Shown: positions 37,037 through 50,670, counted from the whole stretch's first letter. The stretch: 50,683 nucleotides of DNA, filler included, from Jimgerdemannia flammicorona (GCA_003990765.1; 2 parts of 2 records of this genome joined end to end with filler, not necessarily neighbours in it), one strand, 5' to 3'. Numbers and translations: made by a program. The notes: generated by a model not told the origin, from the letters alone.

Positions 37037-38460
37037 TGAAGGGCTATTTAATACTAGTATCTTTCTAACCAAAAGACTCTTTTCTGGATTATTTCTTGTC
37101 TTGGAACAATAGTGACTATATTTGGTCCTTTTTTTTAGTATTCCAGAGATTGTTATCTTCTGATGGTATCTAGTAAGGGTTATCTTAGAGAATTAGCTCA
37201 GAGAGTTCTTCTAGTTTGAGAACTTCTTTATTAGTTATTTCTTATCTCTAGATTGCTTGTACTTCTGTAGCTTCAGTTATGAGTATTTTCTGTAAACAGT
37301 TATATTTCTTCTTCCTTCTTTTATATTTGAGGCAGACTATATTAGACAAGTTTTTTATTCCAATGATCTTAAAAGAGTATTCAGAGTACTTATATCTTTT
37401 GAGATAATAGAATATTCTTTGACTTATCCTGCAATAGCTCTGATTGTAATAGAGATAGTATCTTATATCTATATATTATCTTTTAGTCTGTCATCTATTA
37501 GATTGATTTGTGGATAAAGTCTAGAGTTATTTTCATCTTTAGATTCTTCTTCTTCCTCTATAGTAGATTCTTCACTATTGGTACATTCTTTCTAGATAAT
37601 GATCTTCTTTTTCTTATACTGCTCATAGCTAGTTATCTTAATTCAGTACTTATTTTCTCTATAGTCAAATTTGAGCACCTGTTGGTCAATATCAATTAGT
37701 GCTCCTAACGAGTCAATTTAATCTGGATTGGATTCGGATTGATTCCGATTGAATCCCATCCGAATCAACTCAGATGGGATTTGAATCAATCATTGTTTTG
37801 ATTTCCAAATTAGATAATTAAATTTTTACATCAATAACTCAATGAATAATAATCCAAATTTGATGATCTTGGTGTCATTTGAAAGCCCTTAATAAGGCCT
37901 ATCTAATGATACCAAGAACATTAAAATCCGATCATGCATTGCTGAGTTATGAAGGAAACTGTCTGAATCGCCGATTTTGGAAATTTCGTCAAATAGAACG
38001 TTTTCTTTAATATCTCGGTAACGCGCAATCCGATTTTAATGTTCTTGATATCATTAGAAAGGCCTTATTAAGGGCTTTCAAATGACACCAAGATCATCAA
38101 ATTTGGATGATTATTCATCGAGTTATTGATGTAAACATTTAATTGTCCAATTTGGAAATCAAAACAATGGTTGATTCGAATCCATCCGAATGGGATTCGA
38201 ATCCAATCCGAGTTGATCCAGATGGGATTCAAATCCAATCCAAGTTGATCCGGATGGGATTCGAATCCATCCGAATCCCATCTGGATTGACTCGTTCAGA
38301 GCACTAATATCAATAACTGCATTTATTTTCTTCATCTAGTTAGTACTAAGGATTATATCATAGATGACAGCTTCAGTTATATGTAATAGTCTTTATAATA
38401 GAGAACTGAATATATTCAAGAGTGATGGTAATTATAACAATTTCATAGTTATATTTAGTC
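37036..38460 (-). mobile_element. Gypsy remnant E (B-like protease C-terminus and linker), interrupted by a MITE
   Basis: YDIILSTN*MKKINAVIDIDQQVLKFDYRENKY aligns with B YNILIGNQWLHKAKAIIDLNA*KMQINYRGRKV. Confidence 0.6.
37697..38306. mobile_element. hAT-type palindromic MITE, copy 1
   Basis: TIR tagtgctc..aacgagtcaat; 8 bp TSD atatcaat (37689-37696 and 38307-38314); long internal inverted repeat; ggattcgaatcc subterminal repeats. Confidence 0.9.
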
Positions 38461-39453
38461 TTAATACTTTTTCACATCTTTTTGCTAGTCTTTTCTTGTC
38501 TTTTCTTAGTATCAAGTCTCATGTCTTGGCTAGTTATATGTAGAACCTTTTAGAATATTGTATAATATTATTAGTCATCTTTGCTGAGAACTTATTTCTT
38601 AGGTTTCTCTTCTTTTCTAAGATCCTTCTGAATCTTTATTTTAGATCCTATATAAATATTCTTATTTTCTACTTAAATAAAGCTTAGAATACTTTTTTCT
38701 AGAATTTCTTCAAGAATACTTAAACCTATAAGTATCTCTTTAAGCTACTTTAGGCCCACTAAAATTACTAGTCTTAGCTACTTCTTCTTAAAGAAACTAG
38801 AACTATTACACTTGATAGTAGTGATGTCATTATATCTTATCTTATTAAGAAACTTTATACAAATTTAGAAACTAGTTACAACTAATTATATAAGTCTAAA
38901 AATGAGTCATACTGGAGAATCAGCCTACTCTGCTACAGAGAAAGCAGATGGTGCTAAACTATAAGTTAATCTAGAGAATATGATTATCACTATGGTCTAT
39001 TAGATCTAACAACTTCAAGCATAACTAAAATATCAGAAAACTAAGATTGCAGCTATATTACATCCTACTGCTATACTAGTCAGTCTTAAGCTACTCAAGT
39101 CAGATAGTTTTGATAGCCATTAAGGAGAACTAACTATAGATATATGGACCTTCTAATTGGACCAATACTTTGAACTTATAAGAATAGAAGAAGACATATA
39201 AGTCTAATTTATCACAATACTTCTCTAAGGAAATATAGTCATCTAGTAGTATAATTATATTATGACTACTTCTATACACTTAAACACAAGAATCCAAGAC
39301 TAGAAATCTTTCAAAGAGGCCCTCTACCAGCAGTTCAAGCCTACTAATACTATGTACTAAGCTAGCCTGAGATAAGCTAGTGAACATCAAGCAACTCAAG
39401 TCTATATAAAGTTATAATATATAATTCCTGTCAATTCTACTTAAACTACTAGT

Positions 39454-39989
39454 TAGTACTCCTAATAAGTCAATTTAATCTGGATTGGATTCAGATTGAT
39501 TCGGATTGAATCCCATCTGGATCAACTTAGATGGGATTCAAATCCCATCTGGATGGATTTGAATCAACCATTGTTTTGATTTCCAAATTAGATAATTAAA
39601 TGTTTACATTAATAACTCAATGAATAATCATCCAAATTTGATGATCTTGGTGTCATTTGAAAGTCCTTAATAGGGCTTATCTAATGATACTAAGAATATT
39701 GAAATAGAATCATGCATTGCTGAGTTATGAAGGAAAACATCTGAATTACTGATTTTGGAAATTTTGTCAAATAGAACATTTTCCTTAATATCTCAGCAAG
39801 GCATAATCCTATTTTAATGTTTTTGGTATCATTAGAAAGGCCTTATTAAGGGCTTTCAAATGACATCAAGATCATCAAATTTGGATGATTATTTATCGAG
39901 TTATTAATATAAACATTTAATTATCTAATTTGAAAATCAAAACAATAGTTGATTTGAATCTCATCTGAATTGACTTGTTTGGAGCACTA
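39454..39989. mobile_element. hAT-type palindromic MITE, copy 2, inserted in the gag of C
   Basis: Same family as 37697-38306; 8 bp TSD ctactagt (39446-39453 and 39990-39997). Confidence 0.9.
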
Positions 39990-40371
39990 CTACTAGTGAT
40001 ATCTGAAGATAAGAAGATAGACTGCTATATCTGAGGTCTAAAAGGAAATACACAAGTCAAGGTCAAGTTAGAAGAGCCACAGACTCTCAATGAAGTTATG
40101 AGAATTGCTGATAGATTTAATATCATTATCTTTGGTAACTACTTTAAGAACTATTACAAACAGTTGGCCCAGCATCAATAGATCTAGATGCTATAAATAA
40201 GAAAAATAACAAGCTTACCCCAGAAGAAAAAGACAATCTGAAGTTTGTTTCTTCTGTTACCAAATAGAATATATTATAACCAAATATCCTAAAAAGACCA
40301 GTGAACTCTCAAGACCAGTCACTATGTTGTTTAAAGACACACTTATCAACTTTACTACTAGTTAACCTAAA

Positions 40372-40781
40372 CTCAAGATCAAGAAGCTTTACCCAAAGAC
40401 TCAGATCCCTCAATACCAATTAGAAGGAACTATTGATCTTAACTTATACTCTATCAAATAAGTTATCATTTCAGCCAAAGGCTGAACTCTGGTATCTACT
40501 AGAATTGCAGTCCAATGTTCTATAGGATATTATACCAAAATTATACTGTAATCAGGACTCAGTATAAATATCATTTAGATATTAGTACTGATATTATTAA
40601 TTCAGACTATCAAGAACAAGTTTAAGTCTTACTTGTCAATTAGAAAGATCAAGACTATATAGTTAAAGAAGAAGACTGAGTCATACAAATAATCCTAGAA
40701 AAAGCCAGTCAACTCAAAGTTACAGAAGTCCAAGAACTATCTAAAACTAAGTAAGATTAGAAAGATTTTGATAGTACTGAT
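40372..40781 (+). pseudogene. dUTPase domain of gypsy C, between gag and PR
   Basis: LKIKKLYPKTQIP..TIDLNLYS..*SGLS..DIINSDYQE (GVIDSDYRG)..ED*VIQIILEK..K*D*KDFDSTD (RGxKGFGSTG), with one frameshift. Confidence 0.8.
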
Positions 40782-42312
40782 CAAGCAGTAAGTCTTACTG
40801 AAAATTAAGCTCAAGTTATACTCATTTTCAAAGATCTAGTCAAAGGAAAAGAAGTTCAAGTACTCACAGATAGCAGAGTTGCAAGGAACTTCATCAATCA
40901 GAAAACCTTAAGATCCTTACTAAGTCTATATCCAAGAATAATAGTATAGTTACTATAGATAATATACTATATTCTATTGAGTCAATTGCTGCCAAACTAC
41001 TCATCAAGATCCAGAAATACTGAAAATGAGTAGACTTCAAGATTGTATTATTAGGAGATTCTAGTTTATGAAATATAATCTGAATATCAATTGGTATAAA
41101 AATGAAGTTACTTTATTTCAAAAAGAAGTCAATATCACTATCAAGATAGACAAGTCTGTAAACAAGACTCCAGTTATAATACTATTAGTAATAGAGTATA
41201 AGAAAGTACTCAAGAAGGTAGTATATACCTTTGTTATAATAGTCTATCTCAAGAAACAAGACAAAAAACTATCAATTAATAAAAGTATCAAGTTATTACT
41301 TAAAGAATTCAAGGATGTCTTTTCAGACAAACTACCTGGTTTACCACCTATATGAGAAGTTAATCAGGAAATCAAACTAACTCCAGGAGCTATATCACTC
41401 AAGAAACATATGTACTATATATCAATACTCAAAATTGAAGCAGTCAAGAAAGAAATAGAAGAACTACTTATATGAGAAGTTATTCAATCAAGCAAATCCC
41501 CCTATAACTCACTAGTTCTATTTGTCAAGAAGAAGAATAGTACTCTATAAATGTATATAGACTACTATATACTCAATAAGCTTATAGTTAAGAACCAATA
41601 TTCACTACTCTTGATTGATCAAATTTTTAATACTCTTAAGAATACCAAGTACTTCAATAAGTTAGACCTTATTTCAGACTACTACTTAATCTAAATTAAG
41701 TCAGAAGATATCTCCAAGACTATATTCATGACTCTCTTTAGACTCTATGAATTTCTAGTTTTAGCATTTGGTCTTACTAATATACCCATTACATTCCAGA
41801 CTCTCATGAATAAATATTTAAGAACTAACTATTTATCTTCTTATTGATATATCTTAATAATATTCTGATATTTAGTATAACTAAAGAAGAATATCTCAAG
41901 TACATCCAAATAGTTCTAAAGATCTTACAAAAATACAAGCTTTATATAAAGCTCAAGAAATGTGAATTCTTTAAAATATCTTAGCCACATTGTCTCTGCA
42001 TAAAGAATTCATTAGACTTATACAAGATAGAGATAATTCAAGAATAATCTATTTCATCAAATCTCACAGAACTCTGATCCTTTCTTGGTCTAGCTGGCTA
42101 CTACCATTGCTTTGTCAGAAACTTCTCTGGTATTGCTGAGCCACTGACTAATCTTATGAGGAAGGCACCTAACTCTGATCATTATATATTCTATATCTGA
42201 GATCTCTTCTATCAATAAGTCTTCTAAGAACTCAAGAACTATCTGACCCATATCTCAGTTCTATATAATATAGATCTAAGTTTGAAATTCACTATCACTA
42301 CTGATATATTAG

Positions 42313-43898
42313 TGAAGGAAGAAGGCCCAGCAAGAGTTAGAGAAATAAATCCAGAGCCATAGTCAAAATGAATAGAAGATATATAGAAAGCATATATAAG
42401 AGAGATGAACAAAGAATGTAACTGAAAATGTATCAGCTATTTATTATTATGCAAAAAGCATGGTTCATATATAAAATATAAGATCCTAAAAGAGAAGATG
42501 TACCTCAACTTAGAGTAAACCAAATTAGGAACTATATGACTATCAGAGATAAGTAGAGATAAAGAGAGAGCCAATCTTAGTTACAGGATAAAAATTACAA
42601 ACAAATATAAATAAAACAAATCCAAATCAAGATTAAAAAACATCTGCAGACCCTAGAGAGATGAGTGTGAGTGAGGGGTGAGGCTGAAACAGAGCAAGCT
42701 ATAGTGAGTCTAAGTAAAGTGAGGGACTGAAGGTAGCAGAGGAGAGTAGAGTGAAGGCTGAGACTCTGGAGCAAGTACAAGACCCCAGAGAGGGCAAGAA
42801 TGTTTTTTAATTCTCTCTAGAAGAACTGGAGGCACTAGAAGGTGACAAAAATGCAAAATGAGAGTGATAGATTAAAGAAGAAACAGAAGAAAGATATGAT
42901 CTGGCAATCAGAGAGTATCGAGGAAGAGATGAAAGTCTATGGCATGAAAGAGAAGAGTGTAGGACAGTATCAGGGCATTATGAAACCCAGCAAGCATAAT
43001 CAAATGGTATGATAAGAATTGGAAGTGAGAAAGAAGAGAGATTATAGAGTAGATAAGGGGGGAGAGAGAAAAGGAAGAGAGAGTAAAGGGGAGAGAGGAG
43101 AGAAGAATGAACAATAGACTATTCAATAGAAGTAAGTAGATCATGAATGATGGAAATTAGGTAGGCTTGGTGATAGACAACAAAGTTGCTGAGAATCTGA
43201 CTCAGTCAGAATGATGAGAGTAGTAGAGTACAAGATGATAAATCTCATTATGAATATATTCAAGAAGAGTACAACAAGAATGATTAGAATAAAAGTCAGA
43301 GAACTGTCAGGAACAGGGGAAATAAGAATAAACAACAGTTCAGAAAGGAGAAAGAGAAATAGAAAGGTCCAGAAAGAGAATACTGATCATACTATACACT
43401 CAAGTAATAAAATGATAGGAAGGGTAGATACTATAGAATATACTAGGAATATCAATATCAGCAATAGCAAGGATAATAAAGTCATCAATGTATTAGCAAA
43501 AGAAGATATTCCCAGCCTGGAATGTGATGGAAAGAGGTGAAGAAGGATCATATATCATACAAAGTTCATGGGCCAGACCAATGAGGTTGGCAAGAGTGGG
43601 GGTATAATTTGTTTCCATAATAATACCAGAAGTCTGGTAAAAAAAGCCAAGAACTGACTCAAAGTAATTGGAGCCACAGACAAGGAGTATAAGCTCAACA
43701 ATATAAGCCAATGAAACTGAGAAATCCAAAGAGAAAACAATAGAACCCAAAAAGCAAAGACAATTATCAATCTCATCAAAGTGAATAGTGGTATAGAAAG
43801 AAGAAAAGTCATTAGAGACTAAGTGGGAAAAGTAATGAATAGGTATGATAGTAGAGTAGAGGAGAGCAAGCTTCTGAGTATTATAAAGAATAGTATAC
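42313..43898 (-). mobile_element. Penelope-like element, RT remnant
   Basis: DFSSFYTTI, NYFE..FYQTSGIIMETNYTPTLANL, FFC*YIDD (43481-43492), FLDLSI (~43364-43375), then DFYSNH; this is the PLE-type motif spacing. Confidence 0.75.
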
Positions 43899-46800
43899 TC
43901 ATACTTTTCTCTAGTAACATTCAGGTTATACAACCTTTTGGCAGCACTCACAATATAGTTTTTGGAGAAAAGAGACTAGAAATATAGTGACTAACATATA
44001 TTCTGAGGTGTGTACTGAGCAGAGTGGCCCTAGTGCATTCAACTGGCAGCATGTGGGGAGGAGCTCTGACTTGGGGGGAAGTATGAGAGGTCTGCTGGCA
44101 GGAGATTATAGACAAAGAGAGAGCAGAGTTGGAGGGCAGGAGATAGGAAGAATAAGTTTCATAGATATGGCAAAGGAAGGACAGCCAGAATTTGGGCTAG
44201 AGAGATGGCTGAGAAAGAGCAAGGAGATGGTGAAGATGATAGGGTATGAGGGAGCAGCCCTTAACAGTAGGGATAGTGGAGCTGGAGGTATAGTGGCTGG
44301 AATAAGTGTAATAGCTGATGGAAACAGAACTACCAATTTGGAAAAAAATCCAGATGTAACTGCTGATAGTAGGGCTGAGAGGATGGAGCTTGGATAGATG
44401 AGAGATCTAGCAGATGATATGATGGGCCTGATGGTGGCCCCATTACTCAAGAAGTCAATCTTGGAGTTTATAGTTACTTTGTACTTCAGGGGCTTAGCAG
44501 TAATGGCAAAAATGATGCTGGGGCTAATTGCTAAGCAAATGACTGGAGCAGTATCTATAAAGTTCCTGAAGGGGTTGGAAGGAGTGGAGGTAAGCTTTGA
44601 GAAGGCTGGGCCATTAGAGGAAGTGCTGAAGGCTGGGCTGACTATTGGAGAGGTATGTATTCTGATGGTACACTACTTGAAGTGAGACCCCAAGATGATG
44701 CAGTTACTAATAAAAGGGGTACCTGTGATGACTGCTATAGAGACAAGAAGGAGAGTCAAGAAGGTTATAGCTAAGTATGAGAAAGTAGTTGATGTTGGGT
44801 TCTGGGTCTGAGAGGAGACCTCATTCAGGTCTGGGAATGTAAATATTAGGATTCAATTGGCAGAAAAGGAAGCTACTGAGAAGGCTAGAGACTGGTCTTT
44901 GGTGATAGTTTGGAGAGCTTTCTTATAAAAGGTGACAAGGGTGAAGGAGAGTAAGGAGGAGGAAGAGGATTTGTTAGAGGCATTGAAGGAGCTGAGTGAT
45001 GCTATAGAGTAGAGGACAAAGGCTTAGAAGATATATATGGAGTTGATGCATTTGGAAGTAGTAGATGGGAAGAGAATTTATATAGATAAGAGGCTGTGGG
45101 AAAGATCTCAAGAATGTAAGAGACAGAGAGAGCTGTTGGCAAACCTAAAGAGTAGGGCAAAGAAGGATGCTGGTGGTATTGAAATCATAGGGGGAGCCAA
45201 AGAGAGTGTCTGGGCCAGCAAAATTAGCAAAAATGCAAGAAAGGGACCAGAAGTAAACAAGGAGATAACTGATTATAACCCTTATGTAGATGGTATCTTT
45301 GAGGTCTAGAAAGACCCCCCAATCTCTACATCTCTTATTAGATGAGGTCCAGCTTCCAGGGACAGGATGGCAGAGGATGTGCCTATGCAGGGAGCCCAGT
45401 GAGTACACTTTGGAGTTCCTGAGGTAGCAAAAGGGGGGCAGGTGGTGGCGGCTAGCAAGAATTAGCTGATGGATATTTAAAAAGAGGAGTGGGATAAGAA
45501 TGTGAGTATAAGAGCTAATATCTTGATACTGGATGGAGGAAGGCCAGTGACTCCAGGAGGAAAGGAGGTGAGAAATCTGCTATAAATGTATAAGATGATA
45601 AATAACTTTGCAATAGAAGAGTTGGGAGAGGTGGACCTACAAGTAATGAGTGAAGAGTATTGGGTATATATCCTGCATAGTGAGAGAGTGGTGGAGGCAC
45701 TGAAGATAGAGGTTCTTGCAGTTTTCCTGAAGAAGGAAGGGTATGAGATTGATAAGGAGAGGGAGGCTAAGCTGGTAGTTGCTGCTAGTGAGCAGGCTAC
45801 TTTCTGTTGGGCAGAGTGGTATGGGTTGCAGCTCTGGCAGGAGGCCTGTCTGAAATATCATGAGGATTTTGAGTAGAAGAAGGATGGGGAGCTTATAGAA
45901 CTTCTGGTTGGATTGGAGGCTAAGAGGATTGAGGAGGAGATAGTGGCTACTGAATATGATCTGGACTTGGCTCAAGAGGAGATAAACATAGAGCAGTAGA
46001 GGATATACTCATTATTTACATTATTCTTCATAAATAGTACAACCAATATTTTTTCTTTGAATGTGAATGGGTTATGAAGTTCAGCTTGATGAAGGAACAT
46101 TTTTGCCTAACTGAAGGAATTAGAGACTGATCTCTTTCTTTTGCAGAATATCAGATGTGAGGATAATTTAGATAAACTAGAATAGATAAAGAAATAGAGA
46201 GGTGAGACAGTTTGGAAAGGCAAGGTTGGGATTCTGATCAGGAGGGACAGAGGGGAAGTATGTAATATACAGAGCTGGGGAGATAGACTAGTTTGGGGAG
46301 AGTGGATTTGTACTAGTCAGGAGCTAGTTATAGTGAGATTTTGCTACTACTCTGTAGTATAGAGTGAGTATATAAATTAGATGAAGGGTCTCCAGGAGGG
46401 AGGGGCTCTTGCAGAGACTGGAGTAGATGTGCTTGGCAGAGACTTTAATATGATCTGAGATATACTAATGGATAGAATAGATGGAGAGCAGGGGGCTGAG
46501 GGTAGAAGTGGAGGTTTGGAGGTGTGGGAGGAAGTGGAGCAGCTAAGTGCTTTGATGGATGCTGGCAGGGGGTTTTGGAGTAACAGGAGGATATATGTAC
46601 TGGACAGGTGGTCTGGAAATGAGAATTGACTGGATTTTGATGGTGGACTGCTGGGGCCTAGATGTTTGGAGGTCACTGGAGGCTGAATAGTACCTATAGT
46701 CTGATCATTGAGGATTGCTAGGACAGAGTCATTTTGGGAGGAGTGGAAATGGATCAGAACATTAGTATCTCAACTTCTCTTTATTAGACAATAAGGTGTT

Positions 46801-48612
46801 GTGAGACAAATGAGCTGAGGATATTCAGTAGAGAGTGAAGAGGTGGATACAGAAAGATGCCCCAGTAGAAGTTAGGTAGATGAGGCTGAAAGAGGCTACT
46901 AGAGGCTATTGGGGAGAACTGGTAGACAGAGGAGGAAGAGGATGTTGTGGGCTTCTACTAGACTGATGAGGTTGTTAGAAGGTTAGACAGATTTTTTGAC
47001 CCTAGAAGGAGTGGAGAACTGGAGATTATTATAGGTAAAAAAGGAGGTTGTTGAGTTGCAACAGGTATTATGGGAGGAGGAGGAAGCACAGGTATAGAGT
47101 TTGGCAGCATAGCTATATTGGCAGGGGCTGGAGGAAAGAGAGAGGCCCTCTAAGTTTCTCATGAGGGCCCTTTGAGTAAGGAGAGTTCAGCAGAGGTGGG
47201 AGGGAGTTCTCAATTCTGAGGAACTATTGATGTATGGTATACAAGATATTCTCAGATCGCTAAAGAAGAGATAGAGTAGTTTGTGGAGTGAGGAGAAGGG
47301 TGGGGCTGATGCTACTACTATTGATTATACCTTGGAGGATTGGCACCTACTACAGGCAGAAGAACTGGGCAATCTGATGTTGCTGGTACAAGAGGAGAAG
47401 ATTCACCAGATTCTTACTATAACTATACTGGGCACAGCACTAGAGGAGGATGGCCTGCCCTGGGATTTCTGGAAGAAGATAGTGAATGTCTCCAATATAC
47501 TGAGAGAGCTGAGAGTACTTTGTGACTTAGTACTACAGTCCAGAAGATAGGTAGGTGAGCAGGATCTGGGGCTGGTGATACTGCTGTATAAGAACAAGAA
47601 CAGGAGAGAGAACTGGAAGAACTGGAGGCTGATCATGTTACTGGACATAGACAGAAAGTTGGTTACCAAGGTGGTAGTAGTAAGGCTGCAGAAGGTGGCC
47701 CAACAAATCTTGGTGGAGGAGCAGCAGGACTTTGTTGGGGGCTGACTCATTCAGAATGGTATAGCTTGGGTATATAGTATTATTGAAGAGATATAAGCCT
47801 GTAGACTGAATGGGTACCTGGTCTTCTTGGATCAGGAAAAGGCATATGACCATGTTTAGCAGGTCTAGATGGTAAAGATATTAGATTGGATCAGTGTCCC
47901 TCAATAGTTCCAAGTAGTAATAGTCAGTCTACTGAAAGGAAGCAGAGCTATGCTCATATATAATGAGTATCAAGGGGTGGCTTTTCCTTTGAGTAGGGGT
48001 ATTCTCCAGAGAGACCTGCTGTCTCCCATTCTATATATGCTCTCCTTAGAGCCTTTGATGGATAGAATTCGGTGAAGAATAGGAGGGTTTTCAGTATTTG
48101 ACATTGGGTGGAAAGTCAGCACTTTTGCAGATGATATAGTGATTAGCCTAGACTCGATTACTGATATTGAGGAACTCAAGAAGACTATGAAGTAGTATGA
48201 GGTATACTCTAGAGACTAAACTCAATTAGTACAAGTATGAAACAATAGTACTAGGTAATGGCCTAGTGGGGGGGGGGGATATCATCAGAACAATTGTCTC
48301 TACTAGAGAGGCAGTGAGGTACTTGGGCATCTATCTCTCAGTATATGGGTCAGTCCTACCAAGACTCTGGTGAGAGCAGTGAGTTGTTATCTGGGAAGAG
48401 GTCTTGCAAAGTTGGAGAGATCAATACTTGTCTCTGGTAGGGCATATTTCTGTCTTGAATGTTTACTGGCTGCTAAAGTTGTGGTATTTGGCTTATCATC
48501 TAGACTTCTCAGCCTGAGTAGTGAAGAGATTGTTGAAACTAACCAAGAGATAGATTTGGGCCAGGAGGAGGAGTCAGATTAGCTGGAAACTCTTGTCTTT
48601 GCCAGTGGCCTG
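43899..48612 (+). mobile_element. Second LINE copy: 5' end, ORF1, APE and RT; 3' end interrupted
   Basis: 5' end cattcaggttatacaacc matches the reverse complement of 35296-35313; IFSLNVNGL (~46047), LDQEKAYDHV (~47827), FADD (~48124). Confidence 0.9.
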
Positions 48613-48619
48613 AGAGAGA

Positions 48620-49900
48620 CTTGTATAGTATATACTCTCTATTATCTTGCAGATAGCTCCAATTTTTGTATGTGGTGAGTTTTTTTTATTTGTCCAACTA
48701 ATTGGTTTAGTTTGGAGCTAAGATCTTAGATTTTATTCTTATTCTTTCTCTATTCCTTTGTAAGCTCCTTTTCTCTTATATTTTCTTGAAGAATTTTTTA
48801 GAGAGTCTTGACCAAGAGGTCTTTCTTATCTTCTTTCTTATTACCATTCTAAGTAGTTCTTTGCTTGACATCAAAGTATCCTTAGGCTATATCTACTTAT
48901 TTATCAGGCTTCTTAATATCAAGAGTACAGACATACTGAGTAATATTGAGAGAGATATTATTTATAAAGATCATTAGACTAATAATGTCTTAGTTAACAG
49001 TACTAAAACTAGCAGTATATATTCTCTTCTGAATTCTTGTGAAGAATACTCATATAGATTCTCTAAGATTTATCTTCATACTTATAATAGATTCTTAGAC
49101 TTTATAGTGAGTTTTTATTTCTATATATATCTCAATAAGCTAGTAAAAGATAGCTTCATACTGGTCTACATAATAGTTTGTATTAGCTATAACTTGTCCT
49201 AGATTAGAGTTTAGATTATTTAAGATTCTGATGAAGATTTCTTTAGCTAGTTCTCTCAGTTATATCTTGAAGACTGTAATTTATCTTCTAAGAGTAAGGT
49301 TCTTTACGACTGCAATTTCTTCAAGAGTATTTAGGAATTATCTTGGGTCTTCTTCTAGATATTCTGCAAATATGAATATTGGTACTATTATTTTATTATT
49401 ACTATCTTCTAGTTCTTCTTCAGTTCCTAAATTTATTTCACTTATTATAGATATATTAAGTCTTGTTGAACTACTACAAGTTAAGGAGATTGAAGGATAT
49501 ATACTTAATCTTTAGAGTACTGATACTTCTCTTTATATTTTTGAAAGTACTAAACTCAGAGAGTCTACTAATCTAGATAAGAATGAGATAGAACTTTTAA
49601 GTAAAATGAGAATTGAGTAATATGATCTTTAAGTTCTTATATAAGTTTGTCAAAAGTTCAGACAGGGTCTTCTGTATTGTCTGGCTGGAGTCAGATCTCT
49701 TAGTGGTAAGTCTGTTATACTTCTGGAGTATTTATAAACTATACTCTTAGTGATTGGAGTAGTACTGATTGAGAATTTTATACTATACTGATCTCTGATT
49801 GAGAACTTTTTAATGCTGGATAGTTGATAAGTCTTGAGGTGATTACTTCTCTTCTTGTTCAAATACTACTGATGATTCCTTCTTCTATAGTGACTGAGAT
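48620..49900 (-). mobile_element. Gypsy gag remnant, B-like
   Basis: ESI*VFFTRIQKRIYTASF..MIFINNISLNITQYV..DK*VDIA*GYF resembles B gag EDPNLFYT*ICHQIVLAGY..TFLKGVHPEIALAI..DQKVVFA*RYW. Boundaries are approximate. Confidence 0.5.
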
Positions 49901-50019
49901 TAGTACTATATCAAATATATCTAATTTGACTATTGGGTTTTATAAGCTAAAAAGTCATATAGATTTTTAAAAAAATCTTCTCAGTGAAGATAAATTATAA
50001 GGTTGGGGCTACTATATTA

Positions 50020-50670
50020 TTATATCCTACTATAATCTCCTCTACTCTTCTCTTTATCTCAACTACTATTACTGTAAGTATCTCTTTTACCAGAAGCTAA
50101 ACTACTCTCAGGTTCTATCTTAAGTACTAAGCCATTAGCACCACTATCTTACCAATTGTCAACTCAGTCCTCAAGATCTTCTTCAAGATCCTATCTTCTC
50201 AAAACTCACCTTAACCCCCTCCAACCTCTATAGAAACTTTACTGAAACTATTCTAGCCATTGGCTTTATAATTAGCCTCAGAACTATGTATCTTGACTAT
50301 TACTATCAGTCTCTGAAAGTATAATATAATAGAGAATTTAAAAATTGATTTCTTATATAATAGAGCAACTATCAGATCTATTATACTATCTATTAGGTTT
50401 CTCTTCTCTTTGTATCTCATCTATTCAGCCCCTCTATCAGCAGTCACACTTGGATTTTTTATCAGATTCTCTATTACATCACTATTAGTAGTTACACCCC
50501 CTATCCTTTACAGTAGCCCCACTAGTCCCTATATCTGCTTTGTTAGTTATCAATCTATCAGTTCTTCTAGTACTCACCTTTCCCTCTCTCTAGACTTAGT
50601 ACCCTGAGTACTCCCAGACCAACTTCCTATCTTCATCTTATCAGCAAAACTCATTAGCCTCTATCTTCCT
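50020..50670 (-). mobile_element. LINE ORF1 fragment (older copy)
   Basis: Colinear with ~34450-34900, e.g. tcagcagtcacacttggatttttt vs tcagccgtcacatctggatttttt. Confidence 0.7.

Larger units (their letters stand above)
38902..42312 (+). mobile_element. Ty3/gypsy C: gag-dUTPase-PR-RT, broken at the start of RNase H
   Basis: gag IWTF*LDQYFEL; PR VLTDSRVARNFI (~40860); RT VLFVKKKNSTL*MYIDYYILN, YLNNILIF; SFLGLAGYY; FTITTD at ~42290. Confidence 0.85.

Noticed and set aside
37040..37200. A fourth dUTPase in remnant E
   Set aside because: The position fits element B, but none of the five motifs could be read.
42313..42800. Hammerhead ribozyme in the PLE 3' region
   Set aside because: No intact CTGANGA..GAAA core with pairing stems was found by eye.
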